The notes: a model not told the origin generated them from the letters alone. Positions 1 to 13,579 are shown, numbered from the stretch's first letter. The stretch: DNA of 64,000 bases from Octopus sinensis (GCF_006345805.1 NC_043000.1:16678001-16742000); one strand, 5' to 3'. Numbers and translations: made by a program.

Positions 1-737
1 GGAGACAGACAGCACACAACCTCTCTTTTATATATAAAGATTATATTTAATTATCTCCATAATAAAGCCCGTGTACATACATATATACATTATAGAGGTA
101 CACATACTATTATATTAATATTAACCTTTTTGTTATGTTTCTATTGAAATACACTACAATTGTTTTCATTGGTAATTGGAGCAAAAATAAGCATGAAATT
201 TTTGACTGGTTTCAATTTAGAGTATTTTAAAATTAAGTTTGTATCAAAGACCCAAGTTGGTTTCAGGTGGATTGATATCAAATGAGTTAAAGCATACATA
301 TGTACATGAATATATCAACACACATGTAGATATGCATTTAAAATGTAATGCATAGATACACATACCTACTTAGCATTGTCTCTGATTGAAGTCTATGTCC
401 ATACACTACACTGTCTTAACGAACTTGTATATTTTTCTATACACTATTACTTAATTCCCAATAATATTTCATACTACATAACATATGGATTATTTCTAAT
501 TTTGGAACAAGGCCGGCAAAATTGAGGGGGAGAGATAAGTCATTTACATTGACCCTGAAGTCCATTTTGAGAGGGGTTAACTGAAAGGCAAAATTGAACT
601 TGGTGGCTTTTGAGGTCTGGAAGAAATGCCACAGGGCATTTTATCTGGAGCAGTAATGATTCTACCAGCTCACCACCTCATACTATATAAGATATAATAC
701 ATAGTACTATACAAAGTATATATATATTCAGTGTATA

Positions 738-957
738 AGAAGGCGGCGAGCTGGCAGAACGGTTAGCACGCTGGGCGAAATGCGTAGCCATATTTCGTCT
801 ACCGTTACGTTCCGAGTTCAAATTCCGCCGAGGTCGACTTTGCCTTTCATCCTTTTGGGGTCGATAAATTAAGTACCAGTTACGCACTGGGGTTGATATA
901 ATCGACTTAAATTCGTTTGTCCCCTCTATGTTTAGCCCCTTGTGGGTAGTAAAGAAA
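738..957 (+). mobile_element. tRNA-derived SINE family B (~220 bp)
   Basis: Head GGCGAGCTGGCAGAA, B box GAGTTCAAATTCC, core GACTTTGCCTTTCATCC-GGGGTCGATAAA; 17-bp TSD ATATATATATTCAGTGT (718-734 / 959-975). Confidence 0.9.
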
Positions 958-1572
958 CATATATATATTCAGTGTGCAGTATTTGAATGGCACCAGACTA
1001 TCATCAAACCAGATGTTTAAACCTAAGAATTTAAATAGTTAATCATAATTGGCTTTACAGTAATGGTTTCTAGTATTGACTCAAGATTACATGTTTTTGA
1101 AACTGGTGCCAGTTATATATGGCTGATGATCATTTCTTGACCCTGCGTGTATGAAAGGTAAAGTGATGGGATCTGAACTTGTAATGTAAAAGGATGTAAT
1201 GAAGAGAGTAGGAAGGAAGGAAGGAAGGACATAAGCTGAAGAGAGAGAACAGGAAAGAGAAGGGTTTATATTATCTCACTGTCTACCATGTTTGTCCATC
1301 CAAGAAACTTTTGTCCATTCAAAGAAGATCAAAAAGAGATATTTGTGCGTCACTCCTTTAGGGCATTTTTGGGGTCACTGATGTACAGCACAGCAGTGGA
1401 AACATGAAAGTGATGATAATAATAATGATGATGATGATGATGATGATGATGATAATTTCTGAATTAAAGATGGATCTTTGGATCTTTGGATTTATAAGAA
1501 GGATTTATAAAATTGACAAAATGGACAAAATCAAAAGCAAACTCGATGAACATTAATGGAATTTGTAGCTTT

Positions 1573-1905
1573 GTGGTACCAGTGCCGGTGGCACATACGA
1601 AAACCATCCGAACGTGGCCGTAGCCAGTACCGCATTGACTGGCCTCCGTGCCGGTGGCACGTAAAAAAACACCATCCGAGCGTGGCCGTTTGCCAGCCTC
1701 GTCTGGCACCTGTGTCAGTGGCACATAAAATCACCCACTACACTCTTGGAGTGGTTGGCGTTAGGAAGGGCATCCAGCCGTAGAAACACTGCCAGATCAG
1801 ACTGGGCCTGATGCAGCCTTCTGGCTTCACAGACCCCAGTTGAACCGTCCAACCCATGCTAGCATGGAAAACGGATGCTAAATGATGATGATGATGATGA
1901 TGATG
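1573..1905 (+). mobile_element. RTE 3'-UTR fragment with (GAT)n tail
   Basis: Matches the 3' end of the 6899-8058 element. Confidence 0.85.
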
Positions 1906-2712
1906 AAATGGGAAGGTATAACGCCCCAAATAACACTGGTAAAAAAAAGAAGGGAACTGAAACCAAGAACTATATCATGCACCGATTCCCCAAATAAATT
2001 ACTGCCATAATACAAGATCCACTAAAATAATAAAATAATAATAAAAATGATTATAATGATATATAATAATAAATGATAATGCTGCTGCTGATGATGATAA
2101 TGTACAAAATCACACATTTTGAGAGGGGTTAACTGAATTAACATGCCTGTATTACTGGTACTTATTTGATTGCCCTTAGTAATATATATATATACAACAT
2201 TTCTAATTTAGGCACAAAGCCAGCAGTTTTGAGGAGAGGGCTTATTCTACCCCAATAACCCCAATACATGACTGGTACTTTATTGGCCCTTGTTTTATTG
2301 GTCCGTTTTGGGCCTGATATAGCTGGTTTAAATGCTAAAAGGGTTAAATTAAGCCTTAATCATTTTAAAAAGGATAGTATCATCATAGGATATACTATGT
2401 TTGAGAAAACAGTTATAGCCGTGACCAGAATAGCATTAATCCTAAGTCTGCTGGATCAGAGCTGAACTGGGGCCAACAACAAAAGCTTGAGAACATGAAT
2501 GAGAAGAACAAATGTAACACTACTAATAACTGAAGTACTAAGCTCACTCTTTTAGAATATTCAGCTTTGACATTGAACAGCCCTCTTCAAAAATATACAC
2601 TAAGTAGAAATAACAATAACTTAAAGGAAAGTACTTTGCCTGAAGACATCAGACTTGCTGGAAATGTTTTCATTTTCCAATAGTTAAAACATCTATACTG
2701 TATAAATATATA

Positions 2713-3097
2713 GGAGGCGCAATGGCCCAGTGGTTAGGGCAGCGGACTCGCGGTCATAGGATCGCGGTTTCGATTCCTAGACCGGGCGTTGTGAGTGTTT
2801 ATTGAGCGAAAACACCTAAAAAAGCTCCACGAGGCTCTGGCAGGGGATGGTGGTGATCCCTGCTGTACTCTTTCACCATAACTTTCTCTCACTCTTACTT
2901 CCTGTTTCTGTTGTACCTGTATTTCAAAGGGCCAGCCTTGTCACTCTCTGTGTCACGCTGAATATCCCCGAGAACTATGTTAAGGGTACACGTGTCTGTG
3001 TAGTGCTTAGCCACTTACATGTTAATTTCACGAGCAGGCTGTTCCGTTGATTCGGATCAACCGGAACCCTCATCGTCGTAACCGACGGAGTGCTTCC
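2713..3097 (+). mobile_element. tRNA-derived SINE family A, full length (~385 bp)
   Basis: A box TGGCCCAGTGG, B box GGTTTCGATTCC, and TSD ATAAATATATAG (2702-2713 / 3098-3109). Near-identical to the copies at 40.6, 54.0 and 56.5 kb. Confidence 0.92.
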
Positions 3098-3718
3098 ATA
3101 AATATATAGTAGAATATAATTAACTAATAATATGCAAGTTATGAATCTTACAGCAAAGCGAGTAAAATGTCATATCTAGGGTCACTAAAAAAAGCCAAGA
3201 GATACATTGAGTATAACTATTAGCAGATTTAATGGGGAAGTTGAGATGTACATATTTTTATGAGCATAAGCAAAAGTGGTTTCAACTAGAAGCCATATTA
3301 GAGTTGCAGAGTTGGTCTGTCAAGAACTCAATGCCCCACTATGGTATCTTTAACCTTAATAATAATAATAATAATAATAATTTCTTCCTATTATAGGCCT
3401 GAAATTTGGGAGAAGGAGAGCAATTGGTTACATCAACACCAACGTTGAAGTAGTACTTATTTTATCAACCCCAGAAGGATGAAAGGCAAAGTCAACCTTG
3501 GTAGAATTTGAACTCTGAATGTAAAGACAGAAGTAGTATGTTAACTGGACACTGCAATGGCACCTACTCATTACACCTAACAGGAAAGGGATATACCTGC
3601 AAGAGGGCACAAATAATGCCCATTGACAAAACATCTGAGATATGAGGATTGAGAGAGAGAGAGAAAGTTGGGAATATGGTCAATGATCGACAAACTGATT
3701 TCTTGCTGCTTCCTCTCT

Positions 3719-3937
3719 AAGGAGAGGAGAGGAGCTTTCTCCGTCCGGGTTGCGGATCCGTGGAACAAGCTGCCAGACGAGATGGTGAAGATGCCGACGA
3801 CCGCTTTGTTCAAAGCCTCCCTTGACCTCAAGTGGCCTGAACTCTTTACATGAACACCACCCTGTACTTAACTCCATGTCCCCCTACATGGCCTTGCTAT
3901 TTGCTTTTGAGCCAAATTAACTAACTAACTAACTAAC
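3719..3937 (+). mobile_element. Same CR1-type LINE, short 3' fragment with (TAAC)n tail
   Basis: Near-identical to 61970-62186. Confidence 0.88.
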
Positions 3938-5084
3938 ACCAGATGTTGAAGAAACTAACAATGACCCGTTTCTGCAGAAATCTGTTAAATAATGTTAACT
4001 TATAAATTACTGTAAATACAGTACTGCAACAGGACTGTATCAGTCAGACAGTCCTGAAATGTACAATATCATAAGAATAGTACTAACTTTGTTTACATTC
4101 ATTTGAAGATAGGAAGAAATGTAAGGGAATAAAAACTCTAATCCCTTTCCCTATCATTCATTCATTTTTGTTCTGTAAGAGAATTATCACAGGACTGGGC
4201 TTTTGAATTTGAGAAAATTTTCAACATGATCTTAAGGGTTAATGTGTTGTAGGGAAAAACATCTTAGGAATGATTTTTAACAGCATCTGATAGTGGTACT
4301 CTGGTTTGAGAGTTCTAGAATTTATAGAACCACATCCTAACCACAATTGTTCCTTATTCTACTCTAATCTGGAGTAGTAGCACCTGTCATGGTTCTAGCT
4401 ATGGTTAATTAGCATATTAGGGCTTGCTTGCCTATGCATGTGAAGAGTGGATCAGGCAGACCCTGCAGAAGAAACCTTCATGGTTTAACAGAGGGGAAGG
4501 CAACTGAAGCAATGCATTGTGAAGTTTAGGGAGCAAGATAAGGCATGACATTTTGGTCATCACTGCATCTGTCTCCATCACCAGTTGTCTTGACCTGGTC
4601 TTGCTTCTGGATTGAAGATGGTCACAGATGAGAGTGAAGTTGACAGTGTGCAAACTCTTCACATTAAACAAAGTCATTGCACAAGTCATCAGTTATCCTT
4701 AATGACTACTAGATGGTCCTTGTCACTCCAATGGTTAAACATGTTGGGAAAAAGAGACATCTAATGCTTCAGAAAGTGGCATTCTTCAACTCACAGAACA
4801 CTAATGTTGTCTATAGAACTTTATCATACTATTTCTAGGTTTAGCGCTAAAACAGTCTTTCATCTTAAGAATGAAAGGAAAGTATTGAAAAGCAATTAGG
4901 CTAGTATGGAAACTCCTACATGGTTGCTGCAAGTCCCAGCCTTGTAAAGTTCCTGAATTAGTAGCCTGGATGATATCTTCTGACAAGGAGACTAGTAATC
5001 ATGTAGCCAAGAGACCAAGGTAGATCATACAACTAAGAAAACAAAAGACTTCTCTTCAGGAAAGATTAAGTGTTCAAGCAATTA

Positions 5085-5312
5085 TTAACCCTTTAGTGTT
5101 TAAACCGGCCATATCCGGCCAAAATATTCTACCTCTTTTATGTTCAAACCAGTCAGATATGGTCATTCATAGCTACCCTATTGTGTCATTTTAAAAATAA
5201 ACAATCACATCATTGAAATCTCAAAGCCATGAAATGATGCAAGATTAATTTTACATGGTGTGAATACATAAGCTTTACATTTGACAGAATAATCTGAATG
5301 CTAAAGGATTAA
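5085..5312 (+). mobile_element. piggyBac-type MITE family 1
   Basis: TTAACCCTTTAG ... CTAAAGGATTAA; internal homology to the 53356 copy. Confidence 0.75.
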
Positions 5313-5992
5313 GGTAGATTTTTGTGAAATGATAAAAAATTTTCGCTCATCTGTCATTTTTTAATAAGTAACTCCAGTAAAATCTTATTAGCCATTGCTG
5401 CAATATCTAGTGTCAAACAGAGAATTGTCTTCTCTTTATTAGAAGGAGGATACGAGGGGAGAGACGCACAGACTATCTGGATTTATTTTAATTTTTAAAT
5501 CAAGTGGAAAAAAAAGCACATAAAGGAAATATAAATAAAATGAAGAAAAAGACAATATTGCATTTTCAATAATGAAAGAAATAAAACAAAAAAAAAAAAA
5601 CTTAATGATATAAACTAACCAAAACTAACACATTATACAAAAAAATACATAAATTGACAACGATTATAATAAAATGGTGATGATGATGATGGTAGCAGTA
5701 ATAATAATAATAATAATGATAATAATAATCGTAATAATTAATAATAACAAAGAAAGAAATGAAGATTAAAACAATGATCTACTTATGACAGAAATGTGGA
5801 GAAATGGTAAGAAAATAATCCAGTGTAAGGGGAAGAAAGGAAGAACAAACATGAAGAGTACAAAGGGTCACAGAAATGAACATGCAATTCTATACATATA
5901 TATATATATAAATATATATGTGTATAGTGTATATATATATATATTATATATATATATATATATAATGTGCATACATACATATGTACATATAC

Positions 5993-6024
<32 letters not shown>

Positions 6025-6295
6025 GAGTGTGTAGATGCTAGAGTCAAAACAATCAAATTAATTAAGAGTGCCAGAGGAAAGATTTGATGATAATTTTCAT
6101 TAGTTTAGTAGAATCTGTCTTTTCATTTGATGAAACTGAATTTGAAAAGGATGATAAAAGCAATATCTCACTGTCTAGCATTTTGGTGCCATCCAAAATA
6201 ATTTTGATGTATGAATTCTGTGAACTAAATTTTACATTTTAAGGACAATACTAGCAATGGGTTAAAACTCATTTTCTTAAATTGCTTTGGAACCA

Positions 6296-6553
<258 letters not shown>

Positions 6554-6898
6554 TATGCCAGGTTTACACACACACACTCTAATGTAATAATACTTTATAT
6601 ACTTGTATAAAGAAATGTATGGCATTTGATTTCATTTGCTTTTCAATCTCCTTGAATCTGTAGCTACAGTCTAAAGTACAACTATTGCAACAGGTCTTTT
6701 GTCATTACTATACATTTGTTGGCTGGCAACAAACTATGAGAAGGTGAGTTTGGCTTCACATAGTTTTTAGGAATTAAATATGTCAAGAGAAAGAATTTTC
6801 ACATGGCCTGGCCCTCTATTGATTATGCCAACAAGTGTTCCCATTGATTTGATTGATGGAACAGTTTGCTCATAAAATTTATGTGCAAGTGGCTGAGC

Positions 6899-8058
6899 AT
6901 GAACAGCAATGCTACATGGCCGTGACTGCTGAGGACATGAGTAAGCTCACAAGGAATGAAGCCAGTATGCTCCGATGGATGTGTAATATCAGTGTGCATA
7001 CTTGATAGAGTGTAAGTACCTCGAGAGAAAAGTTGGACCTAAGAAGCATCAAATGTGGTGTGCAAGAGAGACGGCTGCACTGGTATGGTCATGTGGCGAG
7101 AATGGATGAGGATAGCTGTGTGAAAAAGTGCCACACTTTAGCGGTTGAGGGAACCTGTGGAAGAGGTAGACCCACAAAGACCTGGGATGAGGTGGTGAAG
7201 CACGACCTTTGAATATTAGGCCTCACCGAGGCAATAACTAGTGACCGAGACTTTTGGAAATATGCTGAGCTTGAGAAGACTCGGCAAGCCAAGTGAGACT
7301 AACCTGTGTGAAAAGTTCCACACTTTAGCGGTTGAGGGAACCTGTGGAAGAGGTAGACCCACAAAGACCTGGGATGAGGTGGTGAAGCACGACCTTTGAA
7401 TATTAGGCCTCACCGAGGCAATGACTAGTGACCGAGACCTTTGGAAATATGCCGAGCTTGAGAAGACTCGGTAAGCCAAGTGAGACCATAACCTGTGGCT
7501 TATGCCAGGGGTGTAACCAGCCCACTTATGTATACCTTTCCTTCATTGGACACTAAACTCTGCTTGCGAAGACCTGTTGAGGCGAGTGAAATCAAAATAA
7601 AATTTGATGACTGGCTTCTGTGCTAGTGGAGCGCTAAGAGCACCATCTGCGCATGATCGCTGCCAGAGCAGCTGACTGGCTTCTGTGCAGGTGGCACGTG
7701 AAAAGCACGTTCGAGTGTGATCGTTACCAGCGTCACCTTACTGGCACTTGTGCCGGTGGCATGTGAAAAAACATTGAAGCGAGGTCATTGCCAGTGCCGC
7801 TGGACTGACTCCTGTGCAGGTGGCATGTAAAAAAACACCATTTGAGTGTGGCTGTTACCAGTACCACCCAACTGGCTCTCGTGCTGGTGGCACATAAAAG
7901 CACCCACTACACTCTCGGAGTGGTTGGTGTTAGGAAGGGCATCCAGCTGTCAAAACTCTGCCAGATCAGATTGGAGCCTGGTGCAGCCATCTCGCTCGCC
8001 AGTCCTCAGTCAAATTGTCCAACCCATGCTAGCATGGAAAGCGGATGTTAAATGATGA
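6899..8058 (+). mobile_element. RTE-clade LINE, 5'-truncated: ORF2 C-terminus (pseudogenised), 3' UTR and GAT tail
   Basis: Translation ...LRWMC...RRLHWYGHVARMDEDSCVKKCHTLAVEGTCGRGRPTKTWDEVVKHDL*...SDRDFWK matches the RTE RRL-x-W-x-GHV-x-RM / GRP-x-x-x-W motif. It has premature stops and a 187-bp internal tandem duplication. Confidence 0.88.
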
Positions 8059-8082
8059 CATATACTAAACATAGTCCTCGGG

Positions 8083-8278
8083 GAGCTTCAGCATGGCACA
8101 GAGTGTGACAAGGCTGGCCCTTCTGAATTACAGGTACAACTCATTTTTGATAGCTGAGTGGACTGGAGCAACATAAAATAAAGGGCCTTGTTCAAGGTCA
8201 CAATGCATCATCAGGAATCGAACTCACAACTTTATGATCATGAGCCAAATACCATGACCACTAAGCCATGCACCTTCA
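8083..8278 (-). mobile_element. SINE family D, partial
   Basis: Aligns with the 42960-43153 segment. Confidence 0.7.
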
Positions 8279-10658
8279 CAAAAAAACAAACATACATACA
8301 ATGTTATATGAGAAATACTGGTATAATTAGATCCCATTTTGAAGATGTTAAACCAGGTTTTTCCTTTTACTTATTTCTTGCATACTTATTGCATGTCTGC
8401 ATTTTCCACTGATAAATAGATATGTTTGTGCACATATGTGTATAGGTAGCTATGTGTTTACAGGCCATGAAAATACATTGTAAATGAATGTATGGTTTCT
8501 AAAGTATTTAAAGACCAAATTTGTAAAATTTTGTAGTTGGTTATTAATTAGAGAATTGCTTAAATATTCAATAGCATATATATATCTTTATTCCAAGGTG
8601 AAAAAAAAAAACATTTTAAGCATGTAACTTCAAATTTATAGTTAAGGGGAATGAAATATTGTGTAAAGTTTATAGCTTTTGCCAGGAGCTTTAACTGTAC
8701 GAAAGAAGAGTGAAAATATTTAAGCTTTCTGAAGCACACACATGAAATTGATATATTATCCATGTGAGCTCTTATTTAACTGGTTCATGGACTCACAGTT
8801 CAGAAAAGAAAATTAGGTCAACTTCTCCTCTTCCTTACTTATTACTATTGATTAAATAAAGAAATAAAAGAACCTGCTCAATTTAGTGTAACAGGTGCAT
8901 GGGTTATTTTTGGTAACAAGTCATAAAACATGATTTCAATTCTAAATGCTGTCAGTTTACTAATGATAAAATTTTTTTTTTTCTTGTCAGTATTTTTGTG
9001 CTAAATGGTCTTCATGTCAACTACAATGCCTATTTGATTCTACAAAATAACATTTTTAATGAATATATTTCAATGAACTCACACTAGTAAGTACTACTCA
9101 AATGTTGGTGTTTGAACGGAAAGATAAATCTGCCATATCAATAGTGCAGTATTTTATCAATATATGGGTGTAGCATTTATGGTACAACCAGGTATTATAA
9201 GGACATCATAGGGATAGACAAAACAGCTGTATTTTAATATATAACCAAATGGTCATGGAACACTGAGAACACCTGTACTATTAGGAATGACCAAATGACC
9301 ATAAAAGAGCTAGAACATCTGTATTACCAGATACATTCAAGGGTTTGAATTGTCAGAGTCATTAGAAAGGTATTTGGTAATTGTTCTGGATCTCTGTGTT
9401 CTAGGTTCAAATAACATTAAGGTCAACTTTGCCTCTTATCCTTTTGGGACCAATAAATAAAGTACCAATCCAAGATTGTGAACTGGAAAACTAATAAAGT
9501 TTCAAACAAGATATCTTGTGGTATCCTGTTCCAGTTCTTTATATTCTGACAGTAATGCCCACTATGACAGTGGTGCCAAGTTGTTTTGGCCCATATGTTT
9601 CAAATAATGGCATGGAGAGGGAAGATCTGCAAGAGAAACTGCTTGTCTCAAAAAATGAAACAAAACAACCTTTCCCTGGTCTGTGCCATGGAGAGGAACT
9701 TTTCAGGTGTTGATAAATTTGTAGTCACATGAGACATGCAGAATCCTCAGATATGGAACAGAATACCTGTTACCAAATATAACAGGTTATTTTGGAATAA
9801 TCATAAAAAAATCTATTCCTTTGGGAGTTTTCTCATTTTGTTTTCAGTAACAGATCAGGAAAAGGCTCCAATAACAGATTAAAAGAATTTGGTTTATTTT
9901 AAGAAAAAGAATCTACACTTAAGAGAAGGGTGTAAAGTTTAATCATGATAACAGTATGATGACCCTAAAATAGTTGAAACAGGAGGGATCAACAATCCAG
10001 TTTGGTTGGTTGGTTGGTGTATTTCCAATGAAGCTACAATGAATGACATGAGAAAAGCAGTTTAGCAAAATTAAGAATTAGGGTCTTGTAATATATGCAT
10101 GTAGATATCTGTATAGGTCTGTATGCACGAATGTTCTGCATATGCCTCAAATAAAAACAGAACTGGTTGCAAATCAAGAAGTAAGATTCCTTCCATAAAA
10201 TCTTGCCAAGATCAAAAATGATGTTCAAGAATCAAATCTCTAGGTAGAGTCTTGCAATAACAATTAGTGTTTTATTTATGTCCAAATGCATGGATGTATG
10301 TGTACATGCATATAAATCTGAATGCCTATGTATACCATCTCAGCTATTATATAGCTCTATAAATGTATGCATATTACTGCATATGGGTTTTGATCTGTGT
10401 GTAAGTACGAAATAGTTTCTTCCTTGTCGGATATACATATATGTACAGATATATGCAATGCTTGCATCTGTGTGTGTGTGTGTAACAATAAATGAATAAC
10501 TTCCAAGAGAAGGAATATGAAAAGTCTGAGATTCCAACTGCTGATAGTGCGTTTAGTGATGTGTAACTGAATCAGCCACAAAGTCCAAATAAATAAACCA
10601 TGCAGTTTGAAGATGGTTTTCTGTATGGTGCTGCCAGCAGGAAGCACTGCATTTATGT

Positions 10659-10717
10659 CTATCTCTCATTGAAGTAAATCACCCCTATAACCAGCACCAA
10701 AATAGCAGCAGCCGAAT
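10659..10717 (-). CDS. Candidate alternative last exon encoding a hydrophobic tail (D-SAAAILVLVIGVIYFNER*)
   Basis: Acceptor tttatgtcag|AT gives this frame in phase 1, with G-first codon bias and 14 consecutive apolar residues. The polypyrimidine tract is weak. Confidence 0.3.
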
Positions 10718-10866
10718 CTGACATAAATCATACCACCATTTTATATGAGGGAAGGATATATATTGTGCAATGTGTGTGTATGTGTGTATATATTTTCACC
10801 TAGAAGGAAGTGATTCTGGAAGGGTGGTTATGATCATAGGTCTGCTCAACAAAGGGTTGACCTGGC

Positions 10867-11094
10867 TTAACCCTTTAGTGTTTGCATTATTCTGCCAAAA
10901 TTAATCCTTTTTTATCCACATTGTTTTGAACTAATCATGCATTATCTTGTAGCTATGAGATTTTGATGAGGTAGCTGTTAATTTTTAAAACGATATTGTA
11001 GGGTTGGTGTGAGAGACCAGATCTGGCCAGTTTGAACATAAAACAGGCAGAATACTTCTGGCCGAATATGGCCGGTTTAAATGACAAGGAGTAA
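10867..11094 (-). mobile_element. piggyBac-type MITE family 1, inverted
   Basis: Reverse complement of the 53356 copy; right end degenerate. Confidence 0.78.
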
Positions 11095-13218
11095 AAACTT
11101 AAATAGGGATGAGATGCTGGAGAAAAGAATTATTAAAATAGAACATTCTAGTGAAAATAAAACTCGAATGAACTCTATTGACCCATCATTGGCTGGCAAA
11201 TGGTGTGTAAGTAGTTCTTAAAAAAAAGATTGAAATAATTCAATTAACAATTCATATACTTTAATGAACTGCACAACTCTGTAATAAAAGACTAAATGAA
11301 TATAAAGAGGATAAAGGGAAACCATGCTAAAAACCATTTGCAATGGTAAGGCAATGTATGATTGGTGATTACTTGCAGCGTAAATCAACTACAAGAAACC
11401 AATATTACTGGTATCAATAATGTAATTTTCAGACATCTAAAAACAATTTTTGATTAATTGGAGGAGGAAGAGGAGGCCTTCAGTCAAATTGGTGATATTG
11501 ACAGAGCTGATGCTCCAGATTTAAACCTACTTTTCAATGCTTCATCTCTCTATCCAAGATATCAGATATGTTCCATCAAACTTCTCTATGCCATTCTCAA
11601 AAAATGGTTTCATGTTGCCCACTTATTTTAATATTCTATGACTAAGGTAAAGCACTGGAACACCTTCCTATCTCATGTTCCTTTGAAAATCTTTGGGGTA
11701 CCACTGGAACATTTCCAGTTCTCCAATGTACATAACTGAATAGCGAGTTTGGGAGGTGTCGTAGTTCTTCAGTCTTATTAATACTGAAGGAGCTTGGTGT
11801 TGAGATGTCCTGTCATCCAATCTTTACAGTTTCAAAGAAGTTTGGAAAGTAGGGACATGCTACAGCATTCAGTCCCCAACAATGTTGAGGACAGTAGATT
11901 CACAATACTAGAGATTCTGTGTCATCCAATCCCAACATTTTTTGGTTGTCACAGCTGATCAGACCCAAAGAGAAAGAAAGGCAAGTTAATGTAGGCAGGA
12001 ACCACATCACAGTACCATTGTTTCCAGAATCTTCACCATGCTAACTTGATCAGAACATTGAAGAATATAAGGTGGACAAGTCATTTAGTGATATGGAGGA
12101 GGGGTGAGTGGATGGTGGATATGGATGATATTGAAAGAGAAACAAGCATAATATGATTATGGATTCCAGTCTGAAAATTAAATCAATGATCCAGAATAAG
12201 GTCTCATATTATTGTAACTGAAAGGAAGCTTTAAACCACCATGACCCTTTACCAATTGGTATAAGGAAGGTAACTACCAACACAAACTACTCTACCAATC
12301 AGCAGTCAACTGCAAGCATGATTCTCAGTGTGTGTGTGTGTGTGTGTGTTGTGTATTTGTGTGTGCAGTGTTCTTCTTAAGCAAGGTGGGTCAGGGTTGG
12401 TTTGAGCCATGATGCTAAAAAGACCAGCCAAATAATGTGTGTGTGTGTATAGGTATGTATGTATGTATGTAATGAGTGTTTTTGTTCAGCCGAAGAGCAT
12501 ACAATCTCTAAGTAGACTAGGCTAGTTTGTTAATGCAAGCAAAAACCATCAGAAATTCTAGCAAGAGGTTTGTTGGTTGGTAGGCCAGCATGTGTGTGTT
12601 TGTATATATATAAATGAACGTGCTTGCAAGTAAATGTCTCTAAATATTAGGAAGTCTAGTTAATAAAGACAGCTACCTGATGTAGACGTTTCAGTTGGCG
12701 AAGGTGGAGGAGTCTTAGTTTGAGGTAAAATTTCTGAAAAATGACAGATTCAATACAGTTTTAAAAAATATTAGATGGCTATTTAAAATTACAACAATAC
12801 TATCTTATCTATCTGTCCATCATATATATATATATATGTATAAAGTTCCTTCATTTAACTGAACATGAACTTATATATATATATATATATATATATATTT
12901 AATTACACATACATACACTGGTGTGTATGTGTGTGTGCATTTAAATAGACACGAGAAAAATACTCAGTATATATATATTTTTATATATAAATACAGAAGC
13001 AGCCCTTGTATTATAGAAGTGTTTGCATTCTGAAAAATCTCATGTGGAATCCCACTATATAAAACCCATCTTCCACAGACTTCCCTGTTGCACAGAAGTC
13101 TATGAACATGAAAGTCATACAGAAAACATGCTTCACATTACACAGCACCACATTACTGCAAGATTTTTAGGAAATGCAATGTTTCCGTAATGCAAGGGAC
13201 GATGCCTGTCACAGAGCG

Positions 13219-13274
13219 TTATTCCTCGATTTGATGAAAACTGAAAAAATCACGGTTGCTATACTGAGTTCTTC
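13219..13274 (-). CDS. Candidate alternative last exon (G-RTQYSNRDFFSFHQIEE*; or V-FIKSRNNAL* from the acceptor at 13240)
   Basis: CpG-rich island with two acceptors usable in phase 1 (ccacgcag|GA and gattttttcag|TT). No homology support is visible. Confidence 0.35.
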
Positions 13275-13579
13275 CTGCGTGGCATTTGTTTGAAGAACAT
13301 CATACAGGACTCTCAGAATAACAATACAAATGTTCAGTTTTAAGGAAACGACTAAGTACATGTGTGAATGTGTGTGTAAGAACGTACACACATGCACACA
13401 AATAATATCAATGCTACATCAATAATACCAATAGCTACATCTACATATGTGAACTGATAAAGAAAATTAATAATTTTCAATTATTTTATTCAAAATCTAT
13501 TTTATAAAATACTTTATAATTTATTTAATAACTTTATTAATCACTTAAAAAATGTTTTTTTTTTTTTTTTATAAATTAA

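Noticed and set aside
1-41. GGAGACAGACAGCACACAACC...TTTTATATATAAAGAT, reminiscent of a Helitron/HINE-like 3' end
   Set aside because: Truncated by the window edge, with one copy only.
2713-2790. tRNA-like sequence with A and B boxes
   Set aside because: It is the head of a multi-copy SINE that continues into a 300-bp body with a TSD, and it has no complete acceptor stem.
4300-5030. Higher-GC stretch with MVTDESE, faintly like the retroelement RNase H motif TDAS
   Set aside because: Too degenerate, with multiple stops and no second motif; probably an old TE but unclassifiable by eye.
11450-12280. Complex, higher-GC stretch (similar ones at 44.1-44.5, 46.3-46.8, 49.0-49.5 and 50.8-51.1 kb)
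   Set aside because: No sustained ORF, splice-phase fit or recognisable motif; likely decayed TEs.
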